61,296 bases of DNA, filler included, from Bipalium vagum (GCA_037834085.1; 3 parts of 3 records of this genome joined end to end with filler, not necessarily neighbours in it); one strand, 5' to 3'. Shown: positions 27,813 to 41,034, numbered from the whole stretch's first letter. Translations and numbers: made by a program. The notes: generated by a model not told the origin, from the letters alone.

Positions 27813-28242
27813 CAGTGACCTTCAACCTGGGCGATATCGCCCACTAGTCGGCATTTTGAAATATTGGGTGGGCGTTAGGAAGAATGAGATTGCTAATATT
27901 ACCATTTCCCACATCTTACCTCTTAGAGTGTGGATTCAGTGCAGTATCTAACCTTCTCACCAAGCAAAGATACAATTTGGATATTGCTATAGGGGTGATT
28001 TGAGACTGCATCTCACTCACCTGAAACCAGATATTAAGTCCTTGGCATCGAAACATCAAGCACAGGGGTATCATTAACTCTTCCAACTACTATACTAGTT
28101 TTAGATATTGCATTCTCTTTTTGTCAATAAACATTATTTGGATTTTAATAAGTTTTTCAAAGTTTGGATGGGCGATAGATTTTTTTATAGATGGGAATGT
28201 AGCAAAAGTAAGCGTTAGGCTAAAAAAGGTTGAAGGCCTTTG
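27813..28242 (+). mobile_element. Non-autonomous hAT (Charlie/Buster-type) element
   Basis: TIRs CAGTGACCTTCAACCT / AGGTTGAAGGCCTTTG. The left flank ATCTAGAT matches the nTCTAGAn target. It retains the C-terminus FPTSYLLECGFSAV...GDLRLHLTHLKPDIKSLASKHQAQGYH*. Confidence 0.85.
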
Positions 28243-28249
28243 ATCCCAT

Positions 28250-29450
28250 CGGTAAATGATGCCAGTAGAACCAATGACTGCAAAATAACTCGGGTTGGAA
28301 TTATGGAGCTGATGGTCGCCTCAGGAATAGTGTGTTCAAGACAAAATTCTCTCAGGTCAATACCTGCATGAGCCATGATGTGGTCGAAATATTTTCAGAA
28401 GTTGTCAGCATATGGCAAGAGATGAGTATGGATACCTATATGTATTTTTTGCTGGTGTCACGAAATATCTTTCTATACCAAAATTTTAACTTAATCAATG
28501 TGAGGTAAAACAAATTGAATTGTTCCTATTAGCATTTTAAAATAATTTCTTCACCTGAATCTTATTTAGTAACGACGTTTGACTTTTATTTATAACTAAA
28601 GTTATCCAAATTATTTAATTAAATGCAAAATTTGTTATTGATACGTGTACTTAACTGTCATCACATTATTTGTAAAAAATCTGTTTACGAATGTTCGCTT
28701 CCTGATTCTCCATGGTTATTAATGTTTAAGGCCAAAAGCGTTAAAAGGAATAAGCTAGTTGTTGGACGGTTCACCCTTATGAAATTGTGTTTGATCCTCC
28801 TCATAGATTAGCCACACAGTAAACTTTTGTATACCTTTGATCATATTAACAAGAGCATGAAGGTGTCGCTGACATACTTTAGCCATGAATCTTAATTTTG
28901 GTACAATATAATTGCTAGTTCAAACCGGATGGAAAAAATTAATACAGTGATACCTGCGTTGAAGTACTCTTCTTATAATCATGTCCATGTTACGTTCTCA
29001 TGATTTCAACTAATAAATTCCTCAAAAATGATCGTTAAAGCAATATATTGTATATAAAGCAAATACTTGTCTTCTGTTTGTAATGTCCATGTTCAGTCAT
29101 AATGATACCAGGTGAACAAGAAATCACCAGGATCGGTGATGCCCGGGAATAAAATCAAAACCATTTGATTGTCATAAACTTTTATGAAATTTACACGGTG
29201 TGATCCGGACTTATTTTTCTTTTACGTAACGTAAGTGATTTAATACTTTCTCTTGTTGTTCTTTAATTCTATAACTGAGTCAACAGAACAACACCCATTT
29301 CTTAAAGAACATTAAATTTATATGTGAACATCAAAGAGTACAATAATTCAGGTACTTTATGATCATCTTTCTGCCCCACGATAAAAAATACTGAGTATAC
29401 TATCAATCTCTTAATATTCATGCTGCTCTGTAATCTTTGTGAAATTAACA
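28250..29450 (-). mobile_element. Highly decayed reverse-transcriptase remnant, possibly Penelope-like
   Basis: WLKYVSDTF (about 28859-28885) resembles the Penelope RT motif W.RYVDDTF. The rest cannot be aligned by eye and the boundaries are approximate. Confidence 0.35.
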
Positions 29451-30029
29451 TAAAAAATCAAAAAAATTGTTAATATAATTTCTATTAATATTACAATTCT
29501 CGTCACCAATCCGTAAGTTGTGTTTGTTGTTATTTTGATAATAAAAATTGAGAGGAGTCCGATACTATTTTAAGTTACTATATTCTTTGGACAATATTTA
29601 TTTTAGATTTCCAAAGTTTTTCAAAGGGTTCGTCTTGTTTCTATGATTATCTTTTTTTAACTGTTTTTTTCTGGGTGACTTAAAAAGTTTTGCTCATTGT
29701 GCGCATCTTATTCTGGATTTATCAAGATGTCTTAATATTAAATGATGCGGTCTGTACGCACCGACTACACACTAGCATTTTTTAGCATCTATTGTTCTTT
29801 TACAATCTTTCACAATCATTTTATCAAACTAAAATCGAAAATTGTGAATCCCTCGTTATCTCCCAAAATCAAGAATCAGCAAGTCATTTTTCATAATTCA
29901 AATTTTTGAATAAAATTCTTTTTTCTGCTAATTTTTCCGTTTTCGGACATTTCCTTTAAATGACAATTTGGTTGAACTTCGATATAACTGTAGCTCTTTC
30001 GATTTAACATTTAAAGCCAAAACCAATTG

Positions 30030-30240
30030 CTGCACCTAAACAGTCTCGTGCAATAAATTTTTACTGCTAGATAACAGTAGGCATGCACTTCTCGATTTAG
30101 AAAAAAATTAGCATTAAGCAGCTTAGCAGGAAAGTAGTAATCTTGCTGCATAACAATCCAGGACCACACGTAAGAAAATACTGCAAAAAATAACTGAACT
30201 AGTGATAGAAAACCTACAATACACGTCATATTTCCCAGAC
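30030..30240 (+). mobile_element. Mariner catalytic-domain fragment
   Basis: RKVVILLHNNPGPHV...KITEL...SYFPD. Confidence 0.55.
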
Positions 30241-30584
30241 AAAATATAATTAAAATGTCTAACGATAATTATAGAATGCCAATTCCTCAAAGTGAGGATC
30301 AAATGACATCAGACACCGATCGTTATTATAATGTTGAGGTTCGACTCCCATCTTTAAATTCTATAAATATAATTTTGGCAAAAAATAAAATTTAAATAAT
30401 ACGCTTGCTAATTTAAAATTATTTTAATTATTAATTATTAGTTTAAATTAATTTAATAAATTTTAAATATTATTTTAGAATCAACTACTGATTTTTAATC
30501 AGTAACGTATTTCTAAAATTATAATTAAAAAAAAATTTTTTAGTAATAATTAAATTTAGAAAGTACGTCATGATTGACAGCTTA

Positions 30585-31240
30585 ACTGGCCAATCAGAGA
30601 TGCCAAAACGAACAGTTAAATAGTATATAAGCCAGCGAAAATTCATTATTTTTCACCCAGAAAATTGCCATATAAAAGGTAAGTTTTATTTTGATAATTT
30701 TATCTTGCTGACCAGGGTTTACCCTGGCATAGCTTTCTAATTAAGGATTGTTGCTTGTAGACTGTCTGAACAGTTTTTGTGTAATTAAAAGGGTCTTACG
30801 AGCCAAACTATTCCAGCCCCTGTCGCACTGATGTTTTAAAGTAATTTCGATAGTGCCTGTCTATATACAAGGGCACTCAAAAATGGCTCATAGGATCAAT
30901 CCACAACAATGAAATAATGCAGTTTCACTTTCTAAATAGAGATCTATGGAGACATTCTGCCATGCTGACTTGATCAAAGAATATTTCGTATTTTTGTCAG
31001 TCTTGTATAATTCATTAAGGCATCAGAATTTTTCAAGTGGTATGACTATAATGATTTGCATCCCCATATTGCTGTAATTGATCCACAAACCGCAGAAAGC
31101 AAATTAGTTTTCATTGGAAATAATATTGAAATCAAAGAGAATGGTGGACATCTTTATGCAGTTCCTGAAAAAGACCAAGCAATTGAAGAACCCACCTAAG
31201 ATTGGAAAAATGACATAGGAAAGAGGAGAGAAAAATAACA
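30585..31240 (+). pseudogene. Decayed gene of unknown origin with intact-looking promoter and intron
   Basis: CCAAT box (about 30590), TATATAA (about 30624), AG|gtaagt...tgtag intron 30679-30760, then coding-like sequence broken by stops. Confidence 0.35.
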
Positions 31241-31764
31241 ATTTTGGTAAAAACTACAAATGGAAAGAACAAATATCACTACCAGCCAAATAGAAAGTTA
31301 AAGCGAAATAAAGCACTAATATCATCCTCTTACTGTTTTTTAAATATGCAGCATTGGCTATTATACTTAGAAACAATAGCCTTCTAAAAATATTCTAGCA
31401 ATTTTTTCTTTAAATCGTGCGAATAATATCAAAAGGAATCAAATTAAAAGAGCTAGATTAAAATTTATTGTTTTGCTAAGATAATCGGTTGCAGTCGGCG
31501 GTGTACAGAAAATTTGAATTTTTTGAGTACAACTAATCTTTTCCGTTTCTTGATTTAGATTTCAGTAGATTCAGCTTATACAATCAACTTTAAAAAGCTC
31601 ACTAAAAAGCAACATCTTTATAATTTCGATTGATACAAATCTTTTCATAAACATGCTATTGTAGAAAAAATCCGCTTCCATTCCATCCCAAAAAATATTT
31701 ATAAATCACAAAGAACTTAAAAATCAATAACAGAAAATATCGAAGCTTAGATTAATTGTTTATT

Positions 31765-33383
31765 TTATTCCACCATTTCCATGTTACCACTGGCTAAAAA
31801 ATGTGAACTGTCCACTGCTGCTGTCACCGAGTTGAAATTGTCTTGTTCACTAACCGGTAAACCGAAGAACTCCGTTTCCATGGATTCGTGGACAGATGGT
31901 GGTTCAGAATAATATGCTATCTTGCCACTAAATCAATTAGGAAAATATTTTTTACAACAATGAAGCACATCACAAAATAAAAAAACTAAAGTGAATCACA
32001 CCTGTTCCAATCATTGATTAATTTCACCGCGGCCAAGTCGAGATCTAATAAACCGCCTTTTCTTAACGGACACAACCGCCGAGCGAAGTTGGCCAGGAAC
32101 TCGTTGAAGTTATCGAAATCTGGCAATTGATAAATGCACTGCAGCTGAGCACTAGAACAGCGTCGATGGATGGCCTGGGCCACAGAGACAGGATCATCGA
32201 TCTTTTCGACTCGCACACAATTCCGTAGAGCGTACTCAGCCGGATCAGTGGATTTCGCCAGCACGATACCTGGAGAATCGATCATGACCAGATGAGAGGC
32301 TATCGCGACGTGTTGCAGGTTTCGCGTCAGCCCTGGTGTGTTCCCGGCTTCACAAATGCGCTTTCTCTTCAGACTGTTGATTACCGACGACTTGCCCGTG
32401 TTCGGAACGCCAGCCACGCCAATCACCAACTTGTCAGCCGACTTTTTCCCGGTGCTGGGACCGTTGGCCTTTTTGTTGAGGGACGACAAATAATTAATTA
32501 AGTTGTCAATGCCATATGCGGCGTTCGATCCAGCCAAATCGATAGACGGTCTGGCACCACTGCTAGAGCCGAGATTTTTAGCCTGTTGTTGGCAATTGGC
32601 CTTGAAAGGGAATGTTTTGGCTTCCTTGCTCAAATACGACTGCCAGGCTTTCATGTTTTCCATCGGAATTAGATCTGATTAGTTCAATTTTATTTTTTAA
32701 AATATCAATATATTATAAAAAATAAACAAACCGATTTTGTTCAAAATGAAAATAATTTTCTTATTGGCCCCCTTAATAATCTTTTCGGATTCTAGTGACC
32801 GCGTGCCCATTGGATCCCGAGCATCTAAGACCATCAGAATAATGTCTGACTCTTCAATCAGCTGAATGAATCAATGGATATTATTTGTCAAGTAATAATT
32901 ATAGTCATTTACTTTTCTGATGTCTCCAATGAATGCTCGAGATGAATCTTTAATGACTTTCTCGTCATTGTCTTCAGGTGGAGCAACTGGTTGGTTTTTA
33001 TTAAGTAATCCTAATGCTATCAATTTTCGATTATCCATTTCTTTTACCTTTCATAAATATATGATGTTAATTATCCAGAAAAACTTACAGCTTTGGTTTT
33101 GGGTAATTCTTTATTACTAATGTTTTTTAATGAAACTACTTTAGAAGTTTCCTTTGAAACCGATAAGCTGTTAGCAAGAATTTCAGATTTGAGGGTTTTT
33201 TTAATTTCTTTATGGTGCTGTTTAACCTTAAAATAGAGGAAATAAATAGCGATAATTTTACAAACCAAGCACCTTTTTTGTTGCTTTATAGTTCTGCTGA
33301 AGCGTTGAATGCTTATGTTTCTTGCCTATTTAAGTATATAAAATTTTCATTATTAAGAATTTAAAATTACTAAGAGTGACCAT
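31765..33383 (-). CDS. GNL3: Nucleostemin/GNL3-family circularly permuted nucleolar GTPase, 7 exons, about 434 aa
   Basis: Exons are 33383-33371, 33325-33273, 33226-33089, 33047-32913, 32861-32732, 32674-32002 and 31927-31765. Introns are 45/46/41/51/57/74 nt, all GT-AG and phase-consistent. The protein has a basic N-terminus ([16 protein letters not shown]), then VLDARDP, NKID (G4), GVPNTGKSS (G1), DSPG (G3) and DWNSGKIAYY. GNL3 and GNL3L cannot be distinguished here. Confidence 0.92.
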
Positions 33384-34110
33384 ATTTAAAAATTGTATTA
33401 TTAGTGTTTATTTAAACAATCTTTTTTTATAACTTTATAGTATCATTAACTTATGTATTATTAATTAACTAAATGATTGAAATCCAATGTACATTGAAAA
33501 ACCGTACATAAAATATTATTTAGAATTTTCAATACATGAAATATTTTATAGACTTTAAAAATGTATAAATTATCAAATAGATAATATTCATATATAATAT
33601 ATTAAATTTGATTCAGAACAATGACACTATCTTCAATTTTTCAAAGCAGGCACTAAAATTAATATAATTATAAAATTTTTGTAATGAACTCTCCAATCCT
33701 TAATAAAACATAATAGATAAATGCCTAATCTGCAAAGAAGAAAATAAAGAAAAATCAATTGATTTTTAAACAAATGGTGAAATTTCTGAGCTTATTAAAT
33801 TTAAATGATGTGATCTAAAGAAAAGACAAAAATATATTGGCAGATATATTATGAAATCAAATTATTAACACATTAAATACAATGGCAATAATAATAATAA
33901 TTATAATGATAATATAAATAATAATAATGGTTGTCATAATAAAATGATCGACAGCAGCAGTATATATATATAAAAATCACATCATTTTTCGTACAAAACA
34001 TCGATAATAATTATTATCCGAGTGAGAGAGCGAGCGAAAGAAAAGTTCCTAAACTTTTCCGGTCATAATCAATCTTGAGAAATAAGATAAGCTATATACA
34101 AATATCACAA

Positions 34111-37100
34111 TTAGGAAAAGGCTGACGAGGACATGATTGGAACATAGGCACTACTGCTGCTACTGGGAACGGTGATGGAGTTGTTATTGTTTCCACTGTT
34201 GTTGGTGTTACTGGGATGAAAAAGTAGCATCGTGCTGGTGGCACCAGCAGACGAAGCGGCCGAAGAATTGAGAGAAAGCAAGAACCCTGGCACGTCATGT
34301 GGTTGATAGAAAGTGGCCATCGGTTGCGATGGTGATGGGAATATTTGATTGGAACCGGTCCCGGCCGCTACTCCCGATGCTGCTGCGGGCGTGGACGATG
34401 AGGACGTATGGAACATTTGCGATGCAGTCATCGATGAGATCGTTGTACAATTGGAGAACACGTGCGACATAAGAGCGTTGGGCGGCTGGTGATGCGGGGC
34501 CACGGTGGCGCTCACCGAAGACGAGGATCCTCCGAACATTTGAGTCGAGCCCGCTCCCGGTCCTCCTCCCGCTCCCACTTGCGCGGCTGGCGCGGACGAA
34601 ACGGTGAACAGCTGATGAGCACCGCTGGTATTGGTGGCCGGTGCAGCCGCTGCAGGAGGTAGAACGGAATCCGATACGGCTGAGGTTTCATTCGTCGATG
34701 GGTCAGACTTGTCCTTGGAGTGCAGCTTGCGATGATTAGCCAGCGAACCGTAATGCTTGTAGGTCTTGTGACAGGACAGGCACGAGAACGGCCTCTCTTG
34801 CTTGTGCACAGCTGCGTGGCGATTGAGATACGATCGCTGGGTGAACGAGTAACCACACTGGAGACAGGAGAACGGCCTCATTCCAGTGTGACAACGTAAG
34901 TGAGCAACGAGGCGTGAATGCAACGAAAACCGTTTTGGACAATAGAGACATTCATATGAGAACGGACGACCTCGATTGTCACAGTTCGGTTGCGTAGAGG
35001 TCATTCCACCGTTGCATTGGTCCGATAGAGGAACCACCTGATCCTGAGGTGACATGTGGTCGTTTTGTTCGGGTTGTAAGGACTGGAAAAAATCGAAACA
35101 TTAAAAAATATATACAAATAAGTTGTTCTAGCTAAACAGTTATTTAGGCAATGTAAACGACTAATCAGTATTATCGATTATTTTTTTCCTACTATATTTA
35201 AAGGAATGCGAAGGTAACAAAAACGATTACGTTCCAGCCTGTTATCAGACGATCGATAAATTAATTATTATATGAAACTATCTCAAATCTTTCGTATCCA
35301 TGCAACCGAAAAATATTTTTAATGATCTTAAAATAAGAGGCAGTGAAAACCTTGAATTAATTTTGTAAACTTACAATACAAATCTGCAGATAATAATAAT
35401 CAATTAAATTCAATATAAATACAATTTCTGATTCAATAAATAATATAATTTAATCTGAATAAATATTAAAATAGGTTTACATTTTAATATCGATTTAAAT
35501 CAATACTTAAAATAAAAAATAATATTTTTTTGAAACTGAGTAATGACAAAAAATCTGAAAATTTCAAATGGAAATATGATTGTTATTCTGATGAAAAAGA
35601 AAATCAATAAAGGAAGAAAAAATTGAGTCGAAAAATCTCAATTGTTGGCCAGACTGTCTCTCTGATTTCATCGCATTAGAATTAGAAAAATAAATCATTT
35701 TCCCTCATAAATAGAATATTTTACTTTATTGGTAGGACGGGCTCAAATTGGGTTCTCAGTGAATTCTTTTTCACTGTCCGATGAGTAAAAACTAATGATT
35801 TAATTGAATAAGTAAGAAAACATCAAAATCTGAATGTGACGAACAAAGTTACTAAAAAATCTGTTCCTATAGTAAGGGAATAATCATATCCTTGGTAATT
35901 AATAATAAGCATCGATTGATAATATGAAATCTCCAATTGAGCGATTCCATGAATCAAAACTGAACACAAAAACGAACATGTACACACAAAATTCTAATGT
36001 TATTAATCGAATTATTAATGGTCATAAGCTGCACAACATTTATCAGAATCGATTTAACACAAATTATCAACACTGACACACACAGATGCATATAATTCAT
36101 CCTGTGCCACTGATATCAATTAAATTGTTTGCACTAACCATAGCCGTTGACACCAATGTTCCCTTTTGGCATATTTAATCAAAGTAAGAAATAGATGTTT
36201 TCAAAGGAAATCAGCGAAATACGAAATATTGATTTAACAAAAGATAATAAAATTCTGTAGGATACAGATAATCTGAAACCGATTCACTGTCCACCACATT
36301 TAATACACAGGAAAAAGGATCACAACTTATAGATAACAGCCCATCACATCTCATCTATCGCAATCCAAATCTGAGACAACTTTTCAGAGTAACAGGACAA
36401 TGTGATCAATTATCCAATATTTTGACACTTTAATCACGTGCCGGTTTTTTATTTTGAGTTACATTGTCCTAAAATTAGAAGAATTGCAAGAGATAAAGAA
36501 CGAGATGGTTTCTATATAAACCAAAGGATTTAAAAAAAATCAATAACGAAGAACATTCGTAGAGGCTTTGATCAATATTGGAATATACACAACCGCAATT
36601 TTATGCCAATCAAGGGATACCCATTCACGCATATCACATGTGCAGTTCGGATTGTTGAACGGTAAAAATTTTTATAGTTGCTGAACACTGTGACTACTCA
36701 GAGAAAACCTTTTACAATAATGATTTTGATTAATATTACAAAATAAATATCACACTGGGTATTGGATCACGAAATCCAAAAGATACATTATTTTTAAGAT
36801 AATGATAATAAAATCAATTTTAACTAATTAAAATCGATACTGAAATATTGATCAATTGATATCTTGTATTTTTTTCTGAGTGAGGGGAGGAAACGATGTC
36901 ATGTCTTTCGAGAAAGACGGAACAGACAATCATAACAATTCTTCCGACCCCCTGCCCTTCCCTCTCTGTCTCCAGATCTTTTCTCACCGTTTCTTTTTTA
37001 AAAAAAAGAAAACCCTGACTTGGTGTAAGAAAATCGACAGCCTCTCCAGGACAACCATTAAAAATAAACATGTTTACCTCGTCTTGTTGCTGTTGCTGCT

Positions 37101-38078
37101 GTTGAATATCTGCCTGCAGATTGTCCGACTTGTTCAACGAACACCGCTTTATCTTATCATTCCTGCGCGGGACCGGCGGAAATGAAGCCGCCTGAAAAGC
37201 ACCGCTGGCGATGGCCTGAGCCACTGCGCCACACGTACAGTTCTTCGGTGGTACGACGATGATCTGCTGACGACAGAGCGACATGTCGAAGTCCGTCTGT
37301 ACAGCAACGGAATGGAATCGTTCAACGGTGCTGAGGGCGTTAATTTTGTCCGGCGATTTGCCGCCGGTAACAGTTCCCTGGAATATTTTCTTCTTTCGTT
37401 TTGGTTGTGGTTTACAACCGGTGGGGTTCTGCTGGTTGTCATTAGTGGACGATTGGATTATTGTTTGAAAGGTCGTTGCCAGATTGTTCTGCGACTGCTG
37501 CTGAGGCTGATATGCAACGTTGAACTGAAGGAAGCTATTTCCTGTGTTGGTATCGGACTGGGAGGCTTGTACCTGTTGCTGATCATTGTTGGATGTGTTG
37601 ACGCAATTCAGAGCGGCTTGGAAACCTTGCTGTAACCCTCCGGGACCTGTCAGCTGAATCGGTAAACAGTTCGGCAAGCAGCCGCCTTGCACGAAATACG
37701 AAAGATCCAAAGGTATTCCTGCAGCCGTAAAAGCGTGATTACCCGGCCCAAGCTGCAAAGGTATGGTTAAATGCTGCTGTTGGGGTTGGAATTGTCTATT
37801 GTGTTGGATTTGTTTGTTGTTACCATTGTCATTATTCAACTGTTGGCTCTGTAATGGAACCAGTCATGATTTTATATTGCATCAAGATATATTACTGATG
37901 TCATTGCACCGTTTTGTGCAGACTGGAGTGACAAAGCCTGTTGACACTGAGGAAATAAAACTTGACTATTAACAACTGCATTATGTTGCATCTGACTGGA
38001 CGCTGTTTGCTGGAAGTGAATCTGATTTTGCTGTTGACTAACAGCTATAAGTGTAGGAAATGAATTAGTGTGAGACAT
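34111..38078 (-). CDS. C2H2 zinc-finger protein (3 tandem fingers) with Q/N-rich N-terminus and S/A/T-rich C-terminus; exons 38078-37896, 37848-37078, 35082-34111 (about 641 aa)
   Basis: Phase-0 GT-AG introns of 47 nt (37849-37895) and 1995 nt (35083-37077) join the three ORFs. Fingers: CLYC...HLRCH-TGMRP-FSCLQC...HAAVH-KQERP-FSCLSC...HRKLH. An extra micro-exon inside the long intron cannot be excluded. Confidence 0.8.
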
Positions 38079-39464
38079 ATCAAGTCCGAAAATGTTTCAT
38101 GTTCCAATTAATACTAAAAGATGTCCATAATTAAGTAACTTGATTCAGATTTATATTAATATTTTTCTGAAATTTCTTTTAAATATTTAAGATAACATTT
38201 CAATTATATTCGTAAAAGGTAAATTTAAAGATTTTTTATTAATTATTTAATTATTATATATATTTAAAATTATATAAAAAAATGTTAAGTAAAACAAACA
38301 TTAATAATCACAAAAATATTTCTTTAACTTTTAACAATTTTAAATTCTTGTGCAAACATCGTCCTGAAGTTTTGAAATTAATTTTAATTTTAAAAATGAA
38401 AATAATATCTTGAATAGTCAATTTTTAGGAAACTAAAAATGAAATCTTTAAAAAAATTTTATTTTACTACCACTTAATAAATTAAATTTTTTTCCTAATT
38501 TATTTATATGATCACATAGGTTTTGGCCATTCTTACTATGAAATCAAATATTACTTGGAGAGTTTTAATGAATTGACTTAAATTCTGAAAAATAGTTTAT
38601 GAATTCAAAAAAATATCATTCTGTGCAATTTTTAAAAAGCCACAATTTAAAATATTTGATCTTTAATTTAAACTATCATTATTTAAATAGTTAGGTATAT
38701 TACATACTTTGAAATATTAGAATAAAATGTCGAAACAAAAATTTTCAAAAGATGAATATTGTTTTAAAATAAGAGTATTAAAGTTACTCTTCTGCTAAAC
38801 TACTATTTTGATAAGTTTTGGACATTTTATTATACATTTTTACTTATATGTTTTTTATTTTCAAAGAAACTGTAATTAAAAATTGAAAATCTCAATAGCA
38901 TCTGTTGTGATTTTCTTGATATTCAAGTGGCAAATACAAATTCAAAATCTCTCAAACGGTGATAAACTTAGGTCTTAGTGTCTAAATTATATAGATCGAT
39001 TGAGTGTTACCATTTCTAATCGAAATTAAAAATCTACATATGACTCCAAAAAACTTACATGTTAAAACACTACTGTTCACTGCTAACAATAACTCATAAA
39101 GCTTTTGCAAAAAACTTTATTTGTATTATGAAAAATTTAAACTTAATAAATTTAATTAAATACAAAAATAATCATTCACTTTTGTAGATATACGAACTAG
39201 TTGACCTGCAGATGGTTGATATTAAGTCAGTGACTTCAAGTTTGGTATGGGATCCTGGAGCATCCCTCAGAGCAGTTGGTCGCTCTGGTATCTGGCAAAC
39301 CCATCTTTAAGTGACCCATTCGTGAAACAAAGAGCCGTTGAAATTGCTGTTATTTTCGTTGTTCACCAGAGGGTTTAGTTTTAACGAAGCCACTTGTTGG
39401 TATTTATTCCAGATGATGAGTTAATAACAATCATTATAATAATATTAATAATAATGTTGATAAT

Positions 39465-40250
39465 ATGAGGGTCAATCGAAAAATTTCAAGAAAGAAAAGG
39501 TTTAGTAAAAAATAAAAAATTTAATCTCAAAAGATATTATTTTAATACTCTTACTTTTGTCTAATAATAAAAATCTTATTTTTAAAAATAAATATTTACA
39601 TTTAAATATGGCATACAAAGTGGATCATATGAAGTTATCAATGGAATACTTTCGAACAATGATTTTATATGATTTCCGTTGCGGATTAACACAACAGCAA
39701 TGTCTCGATTGCATAAATTTGGCATTTCCTGATGATGCTTCATCGATGGTTTCATAAATTTAAGCCTGGCTGTGTCTCTTTGAGTGATGATTTCAGTAAA
39801 GGCCGTCCACAAACCAGTGTATTACATGAAAATATTGAAGTTTTTCGGAAATTAATTGAAGACCGTCGGACAACATTTGACGAAATTCAGAGATCATCAA
39901 ACATATCTCGGACTTCAATCCATTCTATTTTACTTGAACACTTAGCTGTATAAAAGCTATGTTCTCGTTGGATACCGAATATCCTTACAATTGATCAAAA
40001 AAGAGATCGCGTTAATTGGTTCAAAGCTATGGTCGATAAATTTATGCGGGAACCTCAAAATATGTTTATAACATCGTCAGTGACGATGAATCATGGATAT
40101 ATTCATATGAACCCGAAACAAAGCAGCAGTTAACTGTCTGGGTGTTTCAGATAGAAAAATTATCCACGAAAGTTGTTCGTTTCCGGAACACCTCCAAGCA
40201 AATGGTTGTCTGTTTCGTACCCAAATCAGACCATGTTGCTAAAATTCCTT
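39465..40250 (+). mobile_element. Mariner element, 5' two-thirds
   Basis: TA-TGAGGGTCAATCGAAA terminus. Encodes FRTMILYDFRCGL, GRP, CSRWIPNILT and DESWIYSYEPETKQQ. Ends abruptly at the LTR-like element. Confidence 0.85.
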
Positions 40251-40938
40251 TTTATGATATTTCACATTATTGAAAAATCAAAATTTTACAATTAAAAAAA
40301 TGTTTAAATGTTGACTGATTAGTCGTCGACCAGAATAGTATAAAGGAGAAGGATTTCTTCATAATTTCGCCATCTAAAAAGGATTCAAGAAGACTGTTAT
40401 TCATTGACGAAGAAGACGGTATTGATATTAACAAAGAATTCATTATCATTGAAATTTATCTACAAGTAATTGTGTACTCCTTTTGCCTGGGATTGTGTTT
40501 GAGTTCCTCACCAGAGGGCTATCTCTGAGAATCTGTAAAGGCTCAGATAATAGTCCTGGAAGCTTAAACGAAGCTAACCAGTAGGCTAGTTTATTTTATT
40601 AATTTTTTTGTGTCTTAACATTTTACTTTAAAAACATTATTTTATATTGATTATTATTATAATTCGATTATTGAATAACTTTAAGTATTTTTTAAAATTG
40701 TTTTCATTTTATAAACTTTTGTGTTTGATTGATTATTCAAGACAATTGCAGACTTTTAAGATCTTATTGTGATCCCTTTCTCTTAAGTTGTGTTATTGTT
40801 ATCTGTGTGATTTCGTGTGAGGTTTGTGGTATAAATATAAATTATTGCTTTACTAATTGTTTTTATTTTTGCACCACCTAAGAGTTTGAGTCAGGTTTAA
40901 ACTTTGATACACTAAATAGTGAAAGCTTATATGTCACA
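40250..40938 (+). mobile_element. Solo-LTR-like element interrupting the mariner
   Basis: TATAAAG at 40339-40345, short GAAGA repeats, a long hairpin at 40485-40586, a T-rich body, and a ...TGTCACA end at 40938. Flanks ATTCC/GTTCC may be a decayed 5-nt TSD. Confidence 0.45.
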
Positions 40939-41034
40939 GTTCCTTATACATTTAATTTTCTCAAATTTTCATTTCTGATATTATATCAAAAATTAAAATA
41001 AAAGTTAATATGTATTTGTATATCATAAAATTAA

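Noticed and set aside
36820-37077. C-terminal tail of ORF 36820..37839
   Set aside because: It runs past a strong GAG|gtaaac donor into intron-like sequence. The phase-0 join to the zinc-finger exon is more parsimonious.
34092-37972. Multiple overlapping or antisense ORFs in the zinc-finger exons (similarly over PSMB2 and CYC1)
   Set aside because: These are shadow ORFs expected in locally GC-rich coding DNA, with no independent motifs.
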